From Candidatus Bathyarchaeota archaeon (GTDB lineage Archaea > Thermoproteota > Bathyarchaeia > Bathyarchaeales > Bathycorpusculaceae), in the NCBI GenBank assembly GCA_963768895.1, contig CAVYJU010000027.1, positions 22,534 to 86,533 on the forward strand: DNA of 64,000 nucleotides, written 5' to 3'. The first letter of the stretch is position 1. Every line of letters starts with the position of its first letter. Under the pieces are notes generated by a model that searched no databases, was not told where the DNA came from, and saw only the letters and a program-made list of their open reading frames with translations. Positions 43,485 to 57,249 of the stretch are shown in pieces. The position numbers were made by a program, and so were the translations under genes.

Positions 43485-43776
43485 TGGTTAATTCTCCGAG
43501 TGGACTGGTATTTGTTTTGGAATAAAAGCTTTCCGTGGCTATCTCGAGCTTAATAGTCAAGGTAGAATTTGTCGGTAGCAACTTCATGAGTGGACAACTG
43601 TATTTTTATTCAGCGATGAAGAAAAATTGTGAGCCTCATTACTACTTTTTCTGAATTTTCCTTTTTTTGCTAAAATTCTGAGCAATTTTAGTGCATTTCC
43701 AAAATGAAGTGAAGGTTTAAGCAAATTGGTAAACAATAAATTACTGTAGAACATGAATATTAATAGGCGAATTTTT

Positions 43777-44341
43777 ATGACTGAAAAGAAAAAACCAGCC
43801 GAAAATGAAACAAGTTCTAAAAAAACTGAGTTAGCAATAACAAAAAAGAAACCAGCTGCAATCGCCAAATCGCCTAAAGAAACAAATCGCTTTAGCCTCA
43901 ACGTCTCCTTCAGACCTTTATGAAGCATTTGACGACACTTTTGAGCGATTCAGAAATGATTTTGAAGACCTCCTTTTTCCCTCAACCTGGGCTAACACTT
44001 TATCTCTTATGCCCGAAACCCGAGTTCCAACGATGGACCTAGAAGACCGAGGAAAAGACTTCCTTTTAAAAGCGGAAATGCCTGGCTTCAAAAAAGAAAA
44101 CATCGAAATCGATGTGCAAGACAACTTTGTCGCAATAACAGGCGAAGCAGGATGGAAATACGACAAGAAAGAACACGAATATCTCTGCAAAGAACGTGCT
44201 TGCAAAACATTCTACAGAACAATAGATTTACCTGAAGAAATTAAGGTTGACGAAGTTACAGCTAACTTAACTGATGGCATTCTGGAAATTTCTCTCCCCA
44301 AAAAAATACCTAAAGAAAAACGAAAAGTCAAAGTAACATAA
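43777..44341 (+). CDS. Small heat-shock protein Hsp20; one frameshift
   Basis: AEMPGFKKENIEI, FYRTIDLP, DGILEISLPK; N-term MTEKKKP in another frame. Confidence 0.9.
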
Positions 44342-44503
44342 ACAAATAATCTTCCTTTATTTTTTTTGTTTAACATTAAACTAGAAAATTACTTTCTTCA
44401 AAATGAGTATCAGTTCAAACTTGTAAATCAATTTAATCAGATCATAAGCTAAAGTTTTTCTGAGCGACTGTAACTAATGTGATACATAATAGGTGTTTAA
44501 GAC

Positions 44504-45811
44504 GTGATCATTGAAAAATCAATGCATTTTCACGGATGCCAGATGGCAACTTCTAATTCTGTAAAACAGCACAAATTGAGGAAATTTGTAGCATGGTTAT
44601 CTGAAAAAGAGGGAAGGGAAATGGAGTTCATCTCGCTCTATATCCCCCCAGAAAAATCAATGGATGAGATAGTCGCAATCCTCAAAGAGAAGTCTATTTC
44701 TGAGAACGTGAAATCGGAGAACGTTAATGATCGCGTTCAAGATGCCTTCAAAAAGATAATCCAACGTCTAAAGCTGACACAAATTCCCGAGAATGGGCTC
44801 GCATTATTTGCTGGAACTTTCGCTACCAGCAATTCGCAAAGCGAAGTTTTGAACGTCGAAGAGCTAATTCCCCCAAAGCCAATTACCGCTTTTCTTTGCG
44901 AGGTTGACAACCACTTCCAATTAGAACCATTAAGAGAAATGCTTAGAGACCAAAAGGTTGTGGGTCTGATCGCCATTGATTCAAAAGAAAGTAGCTTTGG
45001 GATTTCCAATGGTCAAAGACTCGAGTTGCTCGAAAGTATCACGTCGGGAATTCCTGGAAAATCAGGAAAAGGCGGGTCAAGCCAACGAAGGTATGAAAGA
45101 GAACGCGATATGGAACTTACTCACTTTTTCCACCGAGTTGCGGAGCATGCTTCAAAGGCATTTCTCGAAAAAAATAAAATTACAGTATTGATAGTTGGGG
45201 GACCAGGACTAACAAAAGACGATTTCATAAAGGGCGATTTTCTCCATTACGAGCTAAAGAATTTATTTCTATGTAAAGTTGACACACAATCTGCCAGAAA
45301 AGAAGCTGTAAAAGAGATGATGGATAAATCAACTGAAGCACTGAAGAATATGTGTTTGCCAGAGGAAAAAATGATTGTGCAGCGTCTTTTTGCTGAAATA
45401 AATAAGCAAACCGGTTTGGGAATTTATGGGCTAGATTGTATTGTTGAACGCACTTAGAAATGGCGAAGTTGAAGTTGCACTAGTGGCAGATAATACGGAT
45501 ATGATCGAAATTTTAGCATTGTGCAGAAGGTGCAAAAATTCAAAGGCGTCAAATAGTAAATAAGAAAACTCGAGTTCAAATCTTACAGGCAATGATAACT
45601 AGTCCATGCGAGAAGTGTAATGCGTTGGAATATGAAGTAGAAGAAAAGGACATAGTGGGTGTCTTAGAGGATGTGGCTTCACAGACAAACGCTAGAGTTG
45701 AAGTTATATCATCAGAGTCAGAAGAAAAAGTCAAAGCTCACAGCTTTAGGTGGCTTTGCCGCAATATTGAGATATAGACATACAAAAGTTAAATTGAATT
45801 TACTGCCTTGA
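44504..45811 (+). CDS. Divergent peptide chain release factor aRF1/eRF1 paralog; frameshifts in domain 3
   Basis: EFISLYIPP, NVKS, PENGLALF, PPKPI, GKSGKGGSSQRRYER, GGPG.TK, GGFAAILRY. Confidence 0.8.
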
Positions 45812-45889
45812 CAAAGGAAAAGTTTGGACTCAGGATCCTAAATTTTGATGATGCAAAACTCTTATACGTCAGTTTATCGATTTTGTAAC

Positions 45890-46328
45890 ATGATGCCAAT
45901 AGTAAAAGATTTTATGGCAACTAATGTTATCACAATTGAAATTCAAAGAAACTGTGCTTGACGCTGCAAAGCTGATGCACAATCAAGATGTTGGCGATCT
46001 TGTAGTTATGAACGGCGTTGAGGCCAAGGGCATTGTTACTGAAAGAGATTTGGTTAGAAGGGTAATGGCGCAGAAAAAACCGCTTGATACTAAAGTCTCT
46101 GAAATAATGTCTAATCCCCTTATTACAATCGAGGAGGAAGCCTCACTTAGGGAAGCAGCAAGGAAAATGGTCAAGTATAGAATAAGGCGACTTCCCGTTG
46201 TTAAGAAAGACGTGTTGGTCGGGATATTAGCTGCTTCCGATTTTGCTCGGCATGTTGGCAAAAAATCCTTTAGTGAAGTAATGCTCGCTGCAATGAGTCG
46301 ATATCCATTAGCTGCCGACAAACTTTGA
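45890..46328 (+). CDS. CBS-domain pair protein; frameshift near start
   Basis: VKDFMATNVITI, GIVTERD, IRRLPVV. Confidence 0.85.
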
Positions 46329-46567
46329 GAAAACGCTGGTCATGAAAACGGGAATTGCGGCTGAAATCTTTAGCTTCTCTAGTGCTGATCTTTGATAGAT
46401 ATTAATAATTTCTGAAGTCAGATGCTAAACCATTTGAATAATAATAGTCAGCGAGTGTTTTATAGTCGTCTTCAAGTTTCTAATGTTTTGTTATAAAGTG
46501 ATTGACGGGACAATGAGGCAATCTATTTATTCTTAACTACTCCAACTTAGCAAAAGTGTGATTTACG

Positions 46568-47137
46568 ATGAATCCTAATATGTTGAGGGCAAGAACGTTG
46601 TTGGATCAGAGGGCTACATTCTAGGGGAATTCGATGGTTTTTACTTTGACTTAAAGACTTGGAAAGCCACAGCTTTTTACGTTGACTTAAGCGACGAGGC
46701 TACAGATGAACTTAACTTCAAAAAGCCATTCTTTAGCAAAATCGTCATATGTCTGCCAACCCAGCTAATCAAAGTAGTGGGCGACGTTATAACACTTGTT
46801 GAACCAGTGAGAAATCTCAAAGACATTGCAGAAAAAGAAAACCAACTGCGGTCCACTAAGTTAGACGGCAAAAAAATAGTGGGCGCCAAAGGTTACTCTT
46901 TAGGTGAGGTTGAAGGTTTAGATGTAGACATCGATAACTGGCAAGTTAACAGGTTTGCAAGTTATCTTAACTGACGAAGCCGCCACAGAACTAGGCTTTA
47001 AAAGACCCCTCGTAAGCAAAGTAGTTGTAAAAATTCCTACTAACGTAGTTAGCACCGTTGGGAACTTCATTACCTTAGATCAGTCCATAGAAAACCTCAA
47101 GTCGCTAGTGGAATGCATAAAATCCTGCAAAACCTAA
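46568..47137 (+). CDS. Tandem PRC-barrel protein; frameshifted
   Basis: Two repeats G.K..VG..GY.LGE..G...D...W. Confidence 0.75.
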
Positions 47138-47445
47138 AACCACCTTATTTTACTGTTGTTGTAGCGTAATATAATTCACAAGTAAAATCCTTAGATAATC
47201 GCTAAGAGACTTTTTAGATTCTGGACACCCTAAAATGTTATTTAGAAGACGGCATTTGAACCGAGGCGCCGACGGCCATAACAATATTGATGAATCGGCA
47301 ATTGCACAGTTTGCTCGGCCTGCAATTGCACTCAATCAAAAAGCACTCTAAAATAAATTGAACAATTTCAAAATAGCTCTCACGAAGAAAAAGAGCTATC
47401 CTGTTTGTGAGAAAAATTCTTATTCAAATAAATCAAATTAACGCT

Positions 47446-48422
47446 ATGGCGAGATTTCTTTCCGGAATAAAGCTTTACGAAACAATTCACCACATGTCCC
47501 AAGAAGCGAAAGAAATTCTATGGGTATGCTACTCCTGTCAGTTGGCTATCGACTCTCATGAAATCTTTTCTCAAGAAATTCTGAAGAATCCTCCATCAGA
47601 TATTAGATTCATCTTCAGAATTAACGATGGCGCGATCAAAAATGGCGAAACTAATCCCTACGAAGTAGAATATTTCATGGAGCATTTCAAAAACAGTATC
47701 GTTAAGTCGCATGAGTCTTTTCAATCACGAATTTACATTTTTGACAAATCAGCATTGCTTACATCAGCAAATCTGATAAAGACTGAATTCGAAAGCAATG
47801 TTGAAACTGGAGTCCTCCTTGACGGTGCAGAAGTTGACGAAGTAAAAAGCTTCTTTCTCTCTATTCTTTGGGAAAAGGGAAAACCGATAAGAGATGTAAA
47901 AAATTACAAGAAAATATGGAGTCATTTCAAAAAAGAGTGAATCAATCCTGACTATGAAAAAACCTAAAACCCCTACTCAAATAAAAAAATGGAATGACGA
48001 TTACATTAACACATGGTACTTTGCCCTTCCCGAACAAATATCAAAACAATCTGATCGGAAAATTAAGAAAGAAGCAAATTGGCCAACCAAACTCGCAGTA
48101 ATGCCTGATATTGGTCCCAGTTCTTTTAAGCAACTTAAGACTCGGCGATTTAGCATTTATAGCCAACTTAACGAAGAGACAAAGAAAAATACCTGTTGAA
48201 TTCGCTCAAGTATATGACAAAAGTAAGGTAGAGACAGATCAAGGTGATCTGCATTTTGCTTACGAAACGAGAAAGACCTATTTAGTTGATCGTAACCGAT
48301 TTTATGAGATGCTTCAAAACGCTACTATTGGACTTAAAAACTCAGAAATTCTGTTAAACGACTATCAACTAACGCAAATAAGCAAAACTCTTTCACCAAA
48401 GAAACCAATAAAGAACAATTAA
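47446..48422 (+). CDS. Degenerate PLD-like nuclease domain plus possible EVE/PUA-like C-terminus; frameshifted
   Basis: FQSRIYIFD..LLTSANL...SNVETG; then TWYF...LRLGDLAFI. Confidence 0.6.
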
Positions 48423-48820
48423 CTTGTAAAGCCTCCCTTTTCCAGCAGACTTGCAAAGTGGTTGGATTTTTTTTGATCAGAAGTTACTATATAGAATTGG
48501 CAGTGGTGAAAAGTCTTTTAAGCTTCATCTGAAGAAATAAAGATTGGTTAATTCATTATGCCGTCTCTGAAAAAGAAGAATGCAGCTAAAAAAGCAAAAC
48601 ATGAAGCAAAAACGGGCAAATAATAAGTGAATTCTAATTTGCTCTTTTCGCATAAATGTTGAATAAAAACTTCTGTAGCTTGGCTTATCAACTCTTGTTT
48701 TAAGTCTGAACCAAGATAATATGTTTTCTTTTCGAATGTTGTCAGTCACACTTTTCTTGACTTTGTCGCGATTATAGTTTGGGTTTTTGATTGGACTTTT
48801 TTTCAATCTTTTTCCGTGAG

Positions 48821-48871
48821 TTTGTTTTGAACAAGTTTTTGATTTTGAGCTTGCTATATTGTATTCAGTTG
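48821..48871 (-). repeat. Dispersed intergenic repeat copy C (degenerate)
   Basis: Minus strand CAACTGAA...AAGCTCAAAATCAAAAAC...CAAAACAAA. Confidence 0.4.
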
Positions 48872-48970
48872 ATCAAAAGAACTCTATTAAAGCCTAAAGG
48901 CAACATGAGTGAAATGAATGATCAACGTAACGCTAAAGATGCTAGTTTTAGATTGGCTTGAAAATGTCGT

Positions 48971-49306
48971 TTATGAAAGTACGAAGCCGATTATTAAACC
49001 TACTACGAATCCTATTCCGAGCGGTAATATGCCAATGAGAATTGTTCCATATTGAATTGCGATTGGGCCATATTTGGTAGATAGATCTTTTAAAGCACCA
49101 AGACTCAATCCGAAAAAGCCCAAGTAAGCGACAACAACAAGAATAATCGCTGCTATTATGGCAATTTTTAGGAATTTATGAACCAGGTAACCAACGATTA
49201 GCCCTAAGACGAATGGAAGAATCATAATAACAATTGTTGGTATTCCGTTTATGCTTCCTGAAGTTATGAAATGAAATATTTCATCTAAAAGACCCAAATA
49301 ATACAA
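48971..49306 (-). CDS. FUN14-like membrane protein
   Basis: LGLIVGYLVHKFLKIA...YLG, C-terminal GFVVGLIIGF. Confidence 0.6.
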   Translation of the reverse strand: MYYLGLLDEIFHFITSGSINGIPTIVIMILPFVLGLIVGYLVHKFLKIAIIAAIILVVVAYLGFFGLSLGALKDLSTKYGPIAIQYGTILIGILPLGIGFVVGLIIGFVLS

Positions 49307-49456
49307 CTCCGCTTAGTCTAGTTATAAGCAAAATGCCTATTTAACATGTATGCCTCTTTAAGATAGACGTTGATTTTTTAGCGCTAATAATTTGCATGTT
49401 AGAGTGGTAAAGTTAAACCGTTATGAACTGTTAACAACAATCAAAGTGATTAAAGA

Positions 49457-50009
49457 TTGGCGATGGATTGTTTTCTTCCAGGTAAGATGATTTTGATAGA
49501 TGCTTCAGGATGGGGAGATCTCTTACTTGGTGTGGTCGTGGGTGCGCTTAAACCACCTGGGCGAATGGTTATGGAACGCAGAATTCCCACATCATCTTTT
49601 CAGCCTCCAAACTTTGGAAATAAAAAATATTTGGTTGATGCCGCGAAGATTGCAGACGAAATTGTAGATGTTTTGCAGCCTGACAATGAAACATGTTTTC
49701 ATGTTTGTTCAGAATATGTTCTTTCTTCTATGATTGAACATTTGCGAAAGCAAGGGTTCAAAGTCCAAAAGGTTGAAGCAACAGGCGACCTTAGACAGCT
49801 GGTTGATGATGGCTATGTTCGGTGGTGTGTTGAGAAGGGGGTGCCGCGGGAGACTTTTATCAAACAAGAGGCGTTTCTGGAGTTTTCTGGAATGGGTAGC
49901 TCAAAGTCCTCATTTGCGTGAGAGCCTTGTTAAGACGGGTTGGGCTAGCTGGGAACAAAAATGGAAACATGAAATCTACAAGAAACCGGAAGAAAGAACT
50001 ACAAAATGA
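49457..50009 (+). CDS. RNase H-fold hypothetical protein; one frameshift
   Basis: ILIDASGWGDLLLGVVVG resembles the RNase HII IDEAGRG motif. Confidence 0.5.
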
Positions 50010-50020
50010 AAAAACTTTCT

Positions 50021-50130
50021 AATTGTCAAATTTTGTCAAAAAATGTAAATTTATGTCAAATAATGCCAAAAAATAGTATCAACCTGCAACCAATTCAAAC
50101 CCTACAATCAAAAAAGCAACCAGAAAACAA
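50021..50130 (+). repeat. Dispersed repeat copy D with 10-bp TGTCAAA tandem array
   Basis: aattgtcaaa ttttgtcaaa aaatgtaaat ttatgtcaaa taatgccaaa, then CAACCTGCAA core. Confidence 0.8.
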
Positions 50131-50176
50131 ACAATAAAAAAATGGAAATATCTAATTAGAAAGTTTCAACAAAACT

Positions 50177-51120
50177 CTATTGTGTTGGTGGTGGAGGAGG
50201 TGGCGGCGGTATCTTTTGGCGTCTTCTCAGCATCATCAAAGCAGCAACTGCGCCCACAACAATAACTACTACAACTATTATTGGCAATTCCGGAATTTGG
50301 TGCGTTTGAAGTTGACGGTGGTGTGGTGGTCAGCTGAAGAGGTAGGTTGCCCTGAAGTTGATTGAGAATTAGTCAAGGAGTCAATTGTCGCTGAAGAAGT
50401 GGCAATTTGATTTGAAAGGTCAGCTGTGTCATCTGCGGGAACTGCTATAAACCTTGTTGCGTCGCCAGGTCTAAGCGAGTCGGATAAGTAATTTGTAAAA
50501 TTAAAACTTACAAGTTTACCAGCAGAGTCATAGAATGATACAACTGCCCAAACCTTTCCAGTTGTTTGGGTTCCGTTATTCACTATTGTTCCTACAGCAG
50601 TGTATGTGCCTGTGATTGGGTCAAGAATGCCTGTAACGCCAGGATCTGGAATCTTTAAGCCTGTATATTGTCTTTCGAAGGTGTCGGTAACAGAAGTTAC
50701 TGAAATATTAAAACTGCTAACTGAGGACGCCAAGTTTTGACCTTGAGTTGTACTGCCTGCACTTAAATCCAAGTAGAAAGGTGCCTTTTGACCAGGAAGC
50801 ATATCGTAAACAAAAGCTTGAGTCACAACAGTAGCCAAAGCCTGTCCAGTAGAACTTAAACCAACTCCTTGAACAGTTATGTTGCTTATGATGTTTGAAC
50901 CAACATTTTGAACTTCACCGACAACAATGAGGTCTCCGGCAGCACTGGCTAATACTGTATTTGAAGGAGCGGCATACGACCGGTAACTGACAACTTGTGC
51001 CTCAGAAATGCTGCCTTGCGCTTTGACTGTAGTTGCTGAAAACAAGGCGAGTGACGGTAGGATTAAAGCTACTATAATTAGAAAGGTGATAGTTTTCTTC
51101 AAAGTTAATCTCTCTTCCAA
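50177..51120 (-). CDS. Secreted protein with two FxLYD-type Ig domains, TM helix and poly-Pro tail; frameshift
   Basis: VGEVQNVG..PGQKAPF; GTIVNNG..FYDSAG..PGD; C-terminal TM + RRRQKIPPPPPPPPTQ. Confidence 0.75.
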
Positions 51121-51480
51121 CCCATAATTGCGTAGAGTCCTTTTATATTTTGTTCCAAATCAACCCCCAATATCATAGTTTGGCAAAAACAGTAAGATGA
51201 GCCTAAAAATTATCTTCTTAACAAAACAAAACCCTAAAAAAATGAAAAACATCAAGCTACACAGCCCAACAAGTATTCACTCACTTTTTGGAAACTAAAC
51301 GTCTAAATCATTAAAATTAAAATCCCTCATTTATCTAAAATAAGGTAACTTCTTTTAAATTAATGCAAGAATGAAAATTACACAAGTTATTTAAACGAAA
51401 ACAAACAACATCGTCAGAAGCTGGGAGAAATATTCAGTACTTTTTCTCAGCATAAAAACGCTTTAGGAGAAAAAATAAAA

Positions 51481-54102
51481 ATGCAAATAGGAAAAAATAA
51501 AACAGCAGCTATTTCGATTGCGATTTTGTTAATAATTTCTATGGGAGCTTCAATGACACTATTACCAAATATTAGTGCACATACGCCACCATACCAGATT
51601 ACAACGTATGCTTACATCAGTGTAGCACCAAATCCTTGCGGCATGGGTCAGACAGTTAACGTTGGCTTTTGGTTGCAAATACCACCGCCTACAGCTAACG
51701 GCGCATTAGGAGACAGATGGCATGGCTTGACCGTTAAAGTTACTCATCCGGATGGAACCACTGAAACGCTTGGTCCGTTTACGACTGATGATACCGGAGG
51801 AACACACACTGATTACACGCCAAACCAAATCGGCAACTACACGTTTGTAATGAGTTTCCCCGGACAAGTATTGACAGGTGAAAACGGAGCTGCAAAAACA
51901 AATGAATACATTAACGACACATTCATGGCTTCTACAAGTCCAGCAGTAGTTCTTTCAGTACAACAACAGCCAATACCGCAAATTCCAACAAATCCACTTC
52001 CATCAAACTACTGGACGCGACCAGTACAATCAACAAACGGCTTGTGGTACAACATTACCGGCAACTGGCTAGGATTAGGTTTGCACAGTTTCGCTAACAC
52101 TGGCAAGTATAATCTAACTGGAGACTACAACCCATACACTGTTGCACCAAAGGCCGCACACATCCTCTGGACAAAACCAGTAGCGTTCGGAGGCTTAGTG
52201 GGTGGAGAATTCGGAGGAACCGACACAAGCAACTATTACTCAACCTCTCAGTACGAACCAAAATGGGCACCAATTATCATGAACGGTGTCATGTACTACG
52301 AGCTATACCCGGGAGCATCTACCTATCCTGTAGGATGGGTCGCAGTGGACTTGCGCACAGGACAAACACTGTGGACATACAATTCCACACAGACCTTAAG
52401 ATGCGGCCAGTTACTCCAGTATGTATCACCCAACCAATATGGAACTACTGCATATTTGTGGACAACTGGTAACCCACTCGGGGCTTCGCTATCATCGACA
52501 GCCGTGCTGACCGGACTAACTTACAACATGTATGATGCAATGACTGGCAACTACATTCTAAGCGTCGCAAACGGCACCTCCATGTCCCTAACAGAAGACT
52601 CCAAAGGAGACTTGATCGGCTACTTCGTAAACACTACAGTTCCAAGCAAGCCAACCCTTAACATGTGGAACTCCACTCAAGCTATCCTGTATCCCACCAG
52701 CCAATACATACCTGGTGTCACAGTCGCGAACTGGATGCTGAGACCAGCATTAGGCAGCCTTATTGACTTTGGTCGCGGCACAGTTTGGACAAACCCACTA
52801 CCGACCAACATCTCTAACATTCCGTTCCCCGCACCTCTCTCGATAAGCACTGTCAACAGCGGAGTAGTTCTACTCACTGCAGGAAACGCAACATACTTCA
52901 ACACTGGCTACCAAATAGAAGCAGGTTTTGATGCCAACACTGGAGCACAGCTATGGGTTACTAACAGAACTCTAACACCATACACAAGAGTAAGCATTAC
53001 GACTGCAGGAAACGGAATCTTTGTTGAATTGCAATCAGCCACAGGCGTACTAACTGGATACAACATGAATACAGGTGCTCTAGCATGGGGTCCAATACAA
53101 CTTTCAGGCAACAACGGAATCTTCACAGTTCCAAACCCATACGACAGTATCGGCGGCTACCAGACTGTTCTTGCAAATGGCGTAATGTACATAATGGGTT
53201 TCGGCGGAGACATGTGGGCAGTTAACATATTGAACGGGAACATCTTGTGGTACACAAGCACCAACGCAATAACCGGCCTCGCAGGCTCCGACACTCCATA
53301 TGGCGTCTGGCCACTCTGGGTCTTCAGCGGAGGATCAGTAGCAGACGGCGTGTGGTTCCTCAACGAGGGTCACGAATACAGCCCACCATTGTTCAGAGGA
53401 GCACAACAACTAGCTATTAACTGCACAAACGGACAACTAATCTGGAGCATAAATGGCTTCGACGTCACTAACGGCGCAACCATAGTTGATGGCATAATGA
53501 CCGTACTCAACGCCTATGACAACCAGCTATACTCTTATGGAAAAGGACCTACCGCCATGACTGTTACAGCACCTGACACCGTCGTAACTACAGGCGCACC
53601 TGTCGTTATCAGAGGCACAATAACAGATATCTCCGCAGGCTCTCAGCAGCAAGCAGTAGCAGCAAACTTCCCCAAGGGTCTTCCAGTAGTTTCAGATGCA
53701 AGCATGACAGCTTGGATGGAATATGTTTACATGCAGCAGACACCTCCATCAAACGCAACTGGTGTTCCAATATCAATTGACGTCGTTGACTCCAATGGCA
53801 ACCTACGAAACATAGGGACAACCACAAGTGACACTAGCGGAATGTTCACTTTCACCTGGAAACCTGATATTTCAGGAGACTACAAAGTAATAGCTACCTT
53901 CGCAGGCTCTGAATCGTACTATCCAACATCTGCAGAAACATCTTTCACAACAACCTCTCCAGCAGCAACAACATCGGCCACAACCGCACCAACAAACTTA
54001 GCTACAACCTCAGATCTCATGATTTACAACGTAGTTGGAGTAATCGCCATAATTATTGCAATAGCTGTAGTCGGCTTGATCATACTTAGAAAACGCGCAT
54101 AA
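51481..54102 (+). CDS. Large surface protein with PQQ-like beta-propeller repeats and C-terminal TM anchor
   Basis: Intact 873 aa; close paralog of 26767-29589. Confidence 0.9.
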   Translation: MQIGKNKTAAISIAILLIISMGASMTLLPNISAHTPPYQITTYAYISVAPNPCGMGQTVNVGFWLQIPPPTANGALGDRWHGLTVKVTHPDGTTETLGPFTTDDTGGTHTDYTPNQIGNYTFVMSFPGQVLTGENGAAKTNEYINDTFMASTSPAVVLSVQQQPIPQIPTNPLPSNYWTRPVQSTNGLWYNITGNWLGLGLHSFANTGKYNLTGDYNPYTVAPKAAHILWTKPVAFGGLVGGEFGGTDTSNYYSTSQYEPKWAPIIMNGVMYYELYPGASTYPVGWVAVDLRTGQTLWTYNSTQTLRCGQLLQYVSPNQYGTTAYLWTTGNPLGASLSSTAVLTGLTYNMYDAMTGNYILSVANGTSMSLTEDSKGDLIGYFVNTTVPSKPTLNMWNSTQAILYPTSQYIPGVTVANWMLRPALGSLIDFGRGTVWTNPLPTNISNIPFPAPLSISTVNSGVVLLTAGNATYFNTGYQIEAGFDANTGAQLWVTNRTLTPYTRVSITTAGNGIFVELQSATGVLTGYNMNTGALAWGPIQLSGNNGIFTVPNPYDSIGGYQTVLANGVMYIMGFGGDMWAVNILNGNILWYTSTNAITGLAGSDTPYGVWPLWVFSGGSVADGVWFLNEGHEYSPPLFRGAQQLAINCTNGQLIWSINGFDVTNGATIVDGIMTVLNAYDNQLYSYGKGPTAMTVTAPDTVVTTGAPVVIRGTITDISAGSQQQAVAANFPKGLPVVSDASMTAWMEYVYMQQTPPSNATGVPISIDVVDSNGNLRNIGTTTSDTSGMFTFTWKPDISGDYKVIATFAGSESYYPTSAETSFTTTSPAATTSATTAPTNLATTSDLMIYNVVGVIAIIIAIAVVGLIILRKRA

Positions 54103-54340
54103 AAAATATACAACAAAAACCCTTTTTTCTTTTTTGTTTAGACTAAAGCAATTCTTTGTTTTATTTATTGAACTTTCCAGGGCTTTCAGGATTAGACATT
54201 AATACTTTAATCGTTCCCAATAAAATCAAATCCATAAACAAAAAAAAAACAACTCATTCAAAATGGAAAATCTTTTCGTTCGAAATCCTCTTTATGTTTA
54301 TTCAAAAAATAATTTTTTAAGTCGCACAGTAAGGGTACAT

Positions 54341-54460
54341 CATTGTCTAATAATGTCTAAAAAAGTCAAATAATGTCAATTTATGTCAAATAATGTCAAA
54401 AAATGTATCAACCTGCAATCAAATCAAGATCCTAAATCAAGAAAGCAACCCAAAACACAA
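54341..54460 (+). repeat. Dispersed repeat copy E with 10-bp TGTC(A/T)AA tandem array
   Basis: Six 10-mers, then CAACCTGCAATCAAATCAAGATCCTAAATCAAGAAAGCAACC. Confidence 0.8.
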
Positions 54461-54546
54461 ACAGAAAAAACTGCAATCTATAATTGGTGTCTTTAAACAC
54501 TTAATAAAAAGCTGACACTATCAATTCTATTAAGAGGTCTTAATTT

Positions 54547-56620
<2,074 letters not shown>

Positions 56621-56657
56621 TGAAGCTACTATTTACGAATCTAAGGGGTCAAGTCGG

Positions 56658-57158
56658 ATGTTTAGAAATCCAGACGCAATACATAAACGAATAAACGAGA
56701 TAGCCGAAAAGTTCCGGCAAAAAGGAGCTATAAGCCCAGAAAGAGCATTGACCATTCAAGAACTTGGACTGCCGCCACGTTTTGAACAGGCCATGCATCG
56801 TAGACTTGGCCAAACAGGAATTTTTGTTGAAGTAAACGGCAAATACTACCTAAATGAGGAACGGCTTAAACAAATCCAGGAGCGACGTACCAATTCAGTG
56901 TCTGGCGGTTATGAAGGCTATAGTCAGCGTTCATCAAACTGGTTCCGTTACGCGGGAATTTTACTTATGTTACCAATCGGCATAATCGTTTTGGTCGTGT
57001 TGTATTTCTTTTTCATGAATACGGGGACAGGATATTATCCTGGAGAATTTCTAATCATAGCTTTAATCGTTTTATTAGTTGTTTTTATTTTTCGGATGCT
57101 GTTTTGGAGATCACGAAGAAGATATTGGCGTCAAAACAAACAAAATGGCTATTCCTAG
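56658..57158 (+). CDS. Hypothetical membrane protein (2 TM)
   Basis: Soluble N-terminus, two C-terminal TM helices, basic tail. Confidence 0.65.
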   Translation: MFRNPDAIHKRINEIAEKFRQKGAISPERALTIQELGLPPRFEQAMHRRLGQTGIFVEVNGKYYLNEERLKQIQERRTNSVSGGYEGYSQRSSNWFRYAGILLMLPIGIIVLVVLYFFFMNTGTGYYPGEFLIIALIVLLVVFIFRMLFWRSRRRYWRQNKQNGYS

Positions 57159-57249
57159 GCAAAAATATCTCATCTTTAAAGAAAAAATTGATATAAAAAA
57201 ACCCTTCGATTTTTGGTCTGTGAATTTTTTTGGTGCAGTTTTTTCTGGG

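Noticed and set aside
47230-47352. GC-richer patch with GCAATTGCA repeats
   Set aside because: The repeat is self-palindromic, and no frame or fold is clearly supported.
48525-48806. 93-aa minus-strand ORF
   Set aside because: Low-complexity AT-rich sequence with no motif or clear RBS.
50021-54406. Tandem 10-mers as a CRISPR array
   Set aside because: The units are too short, have no unique spacers, and no cas genes are present.
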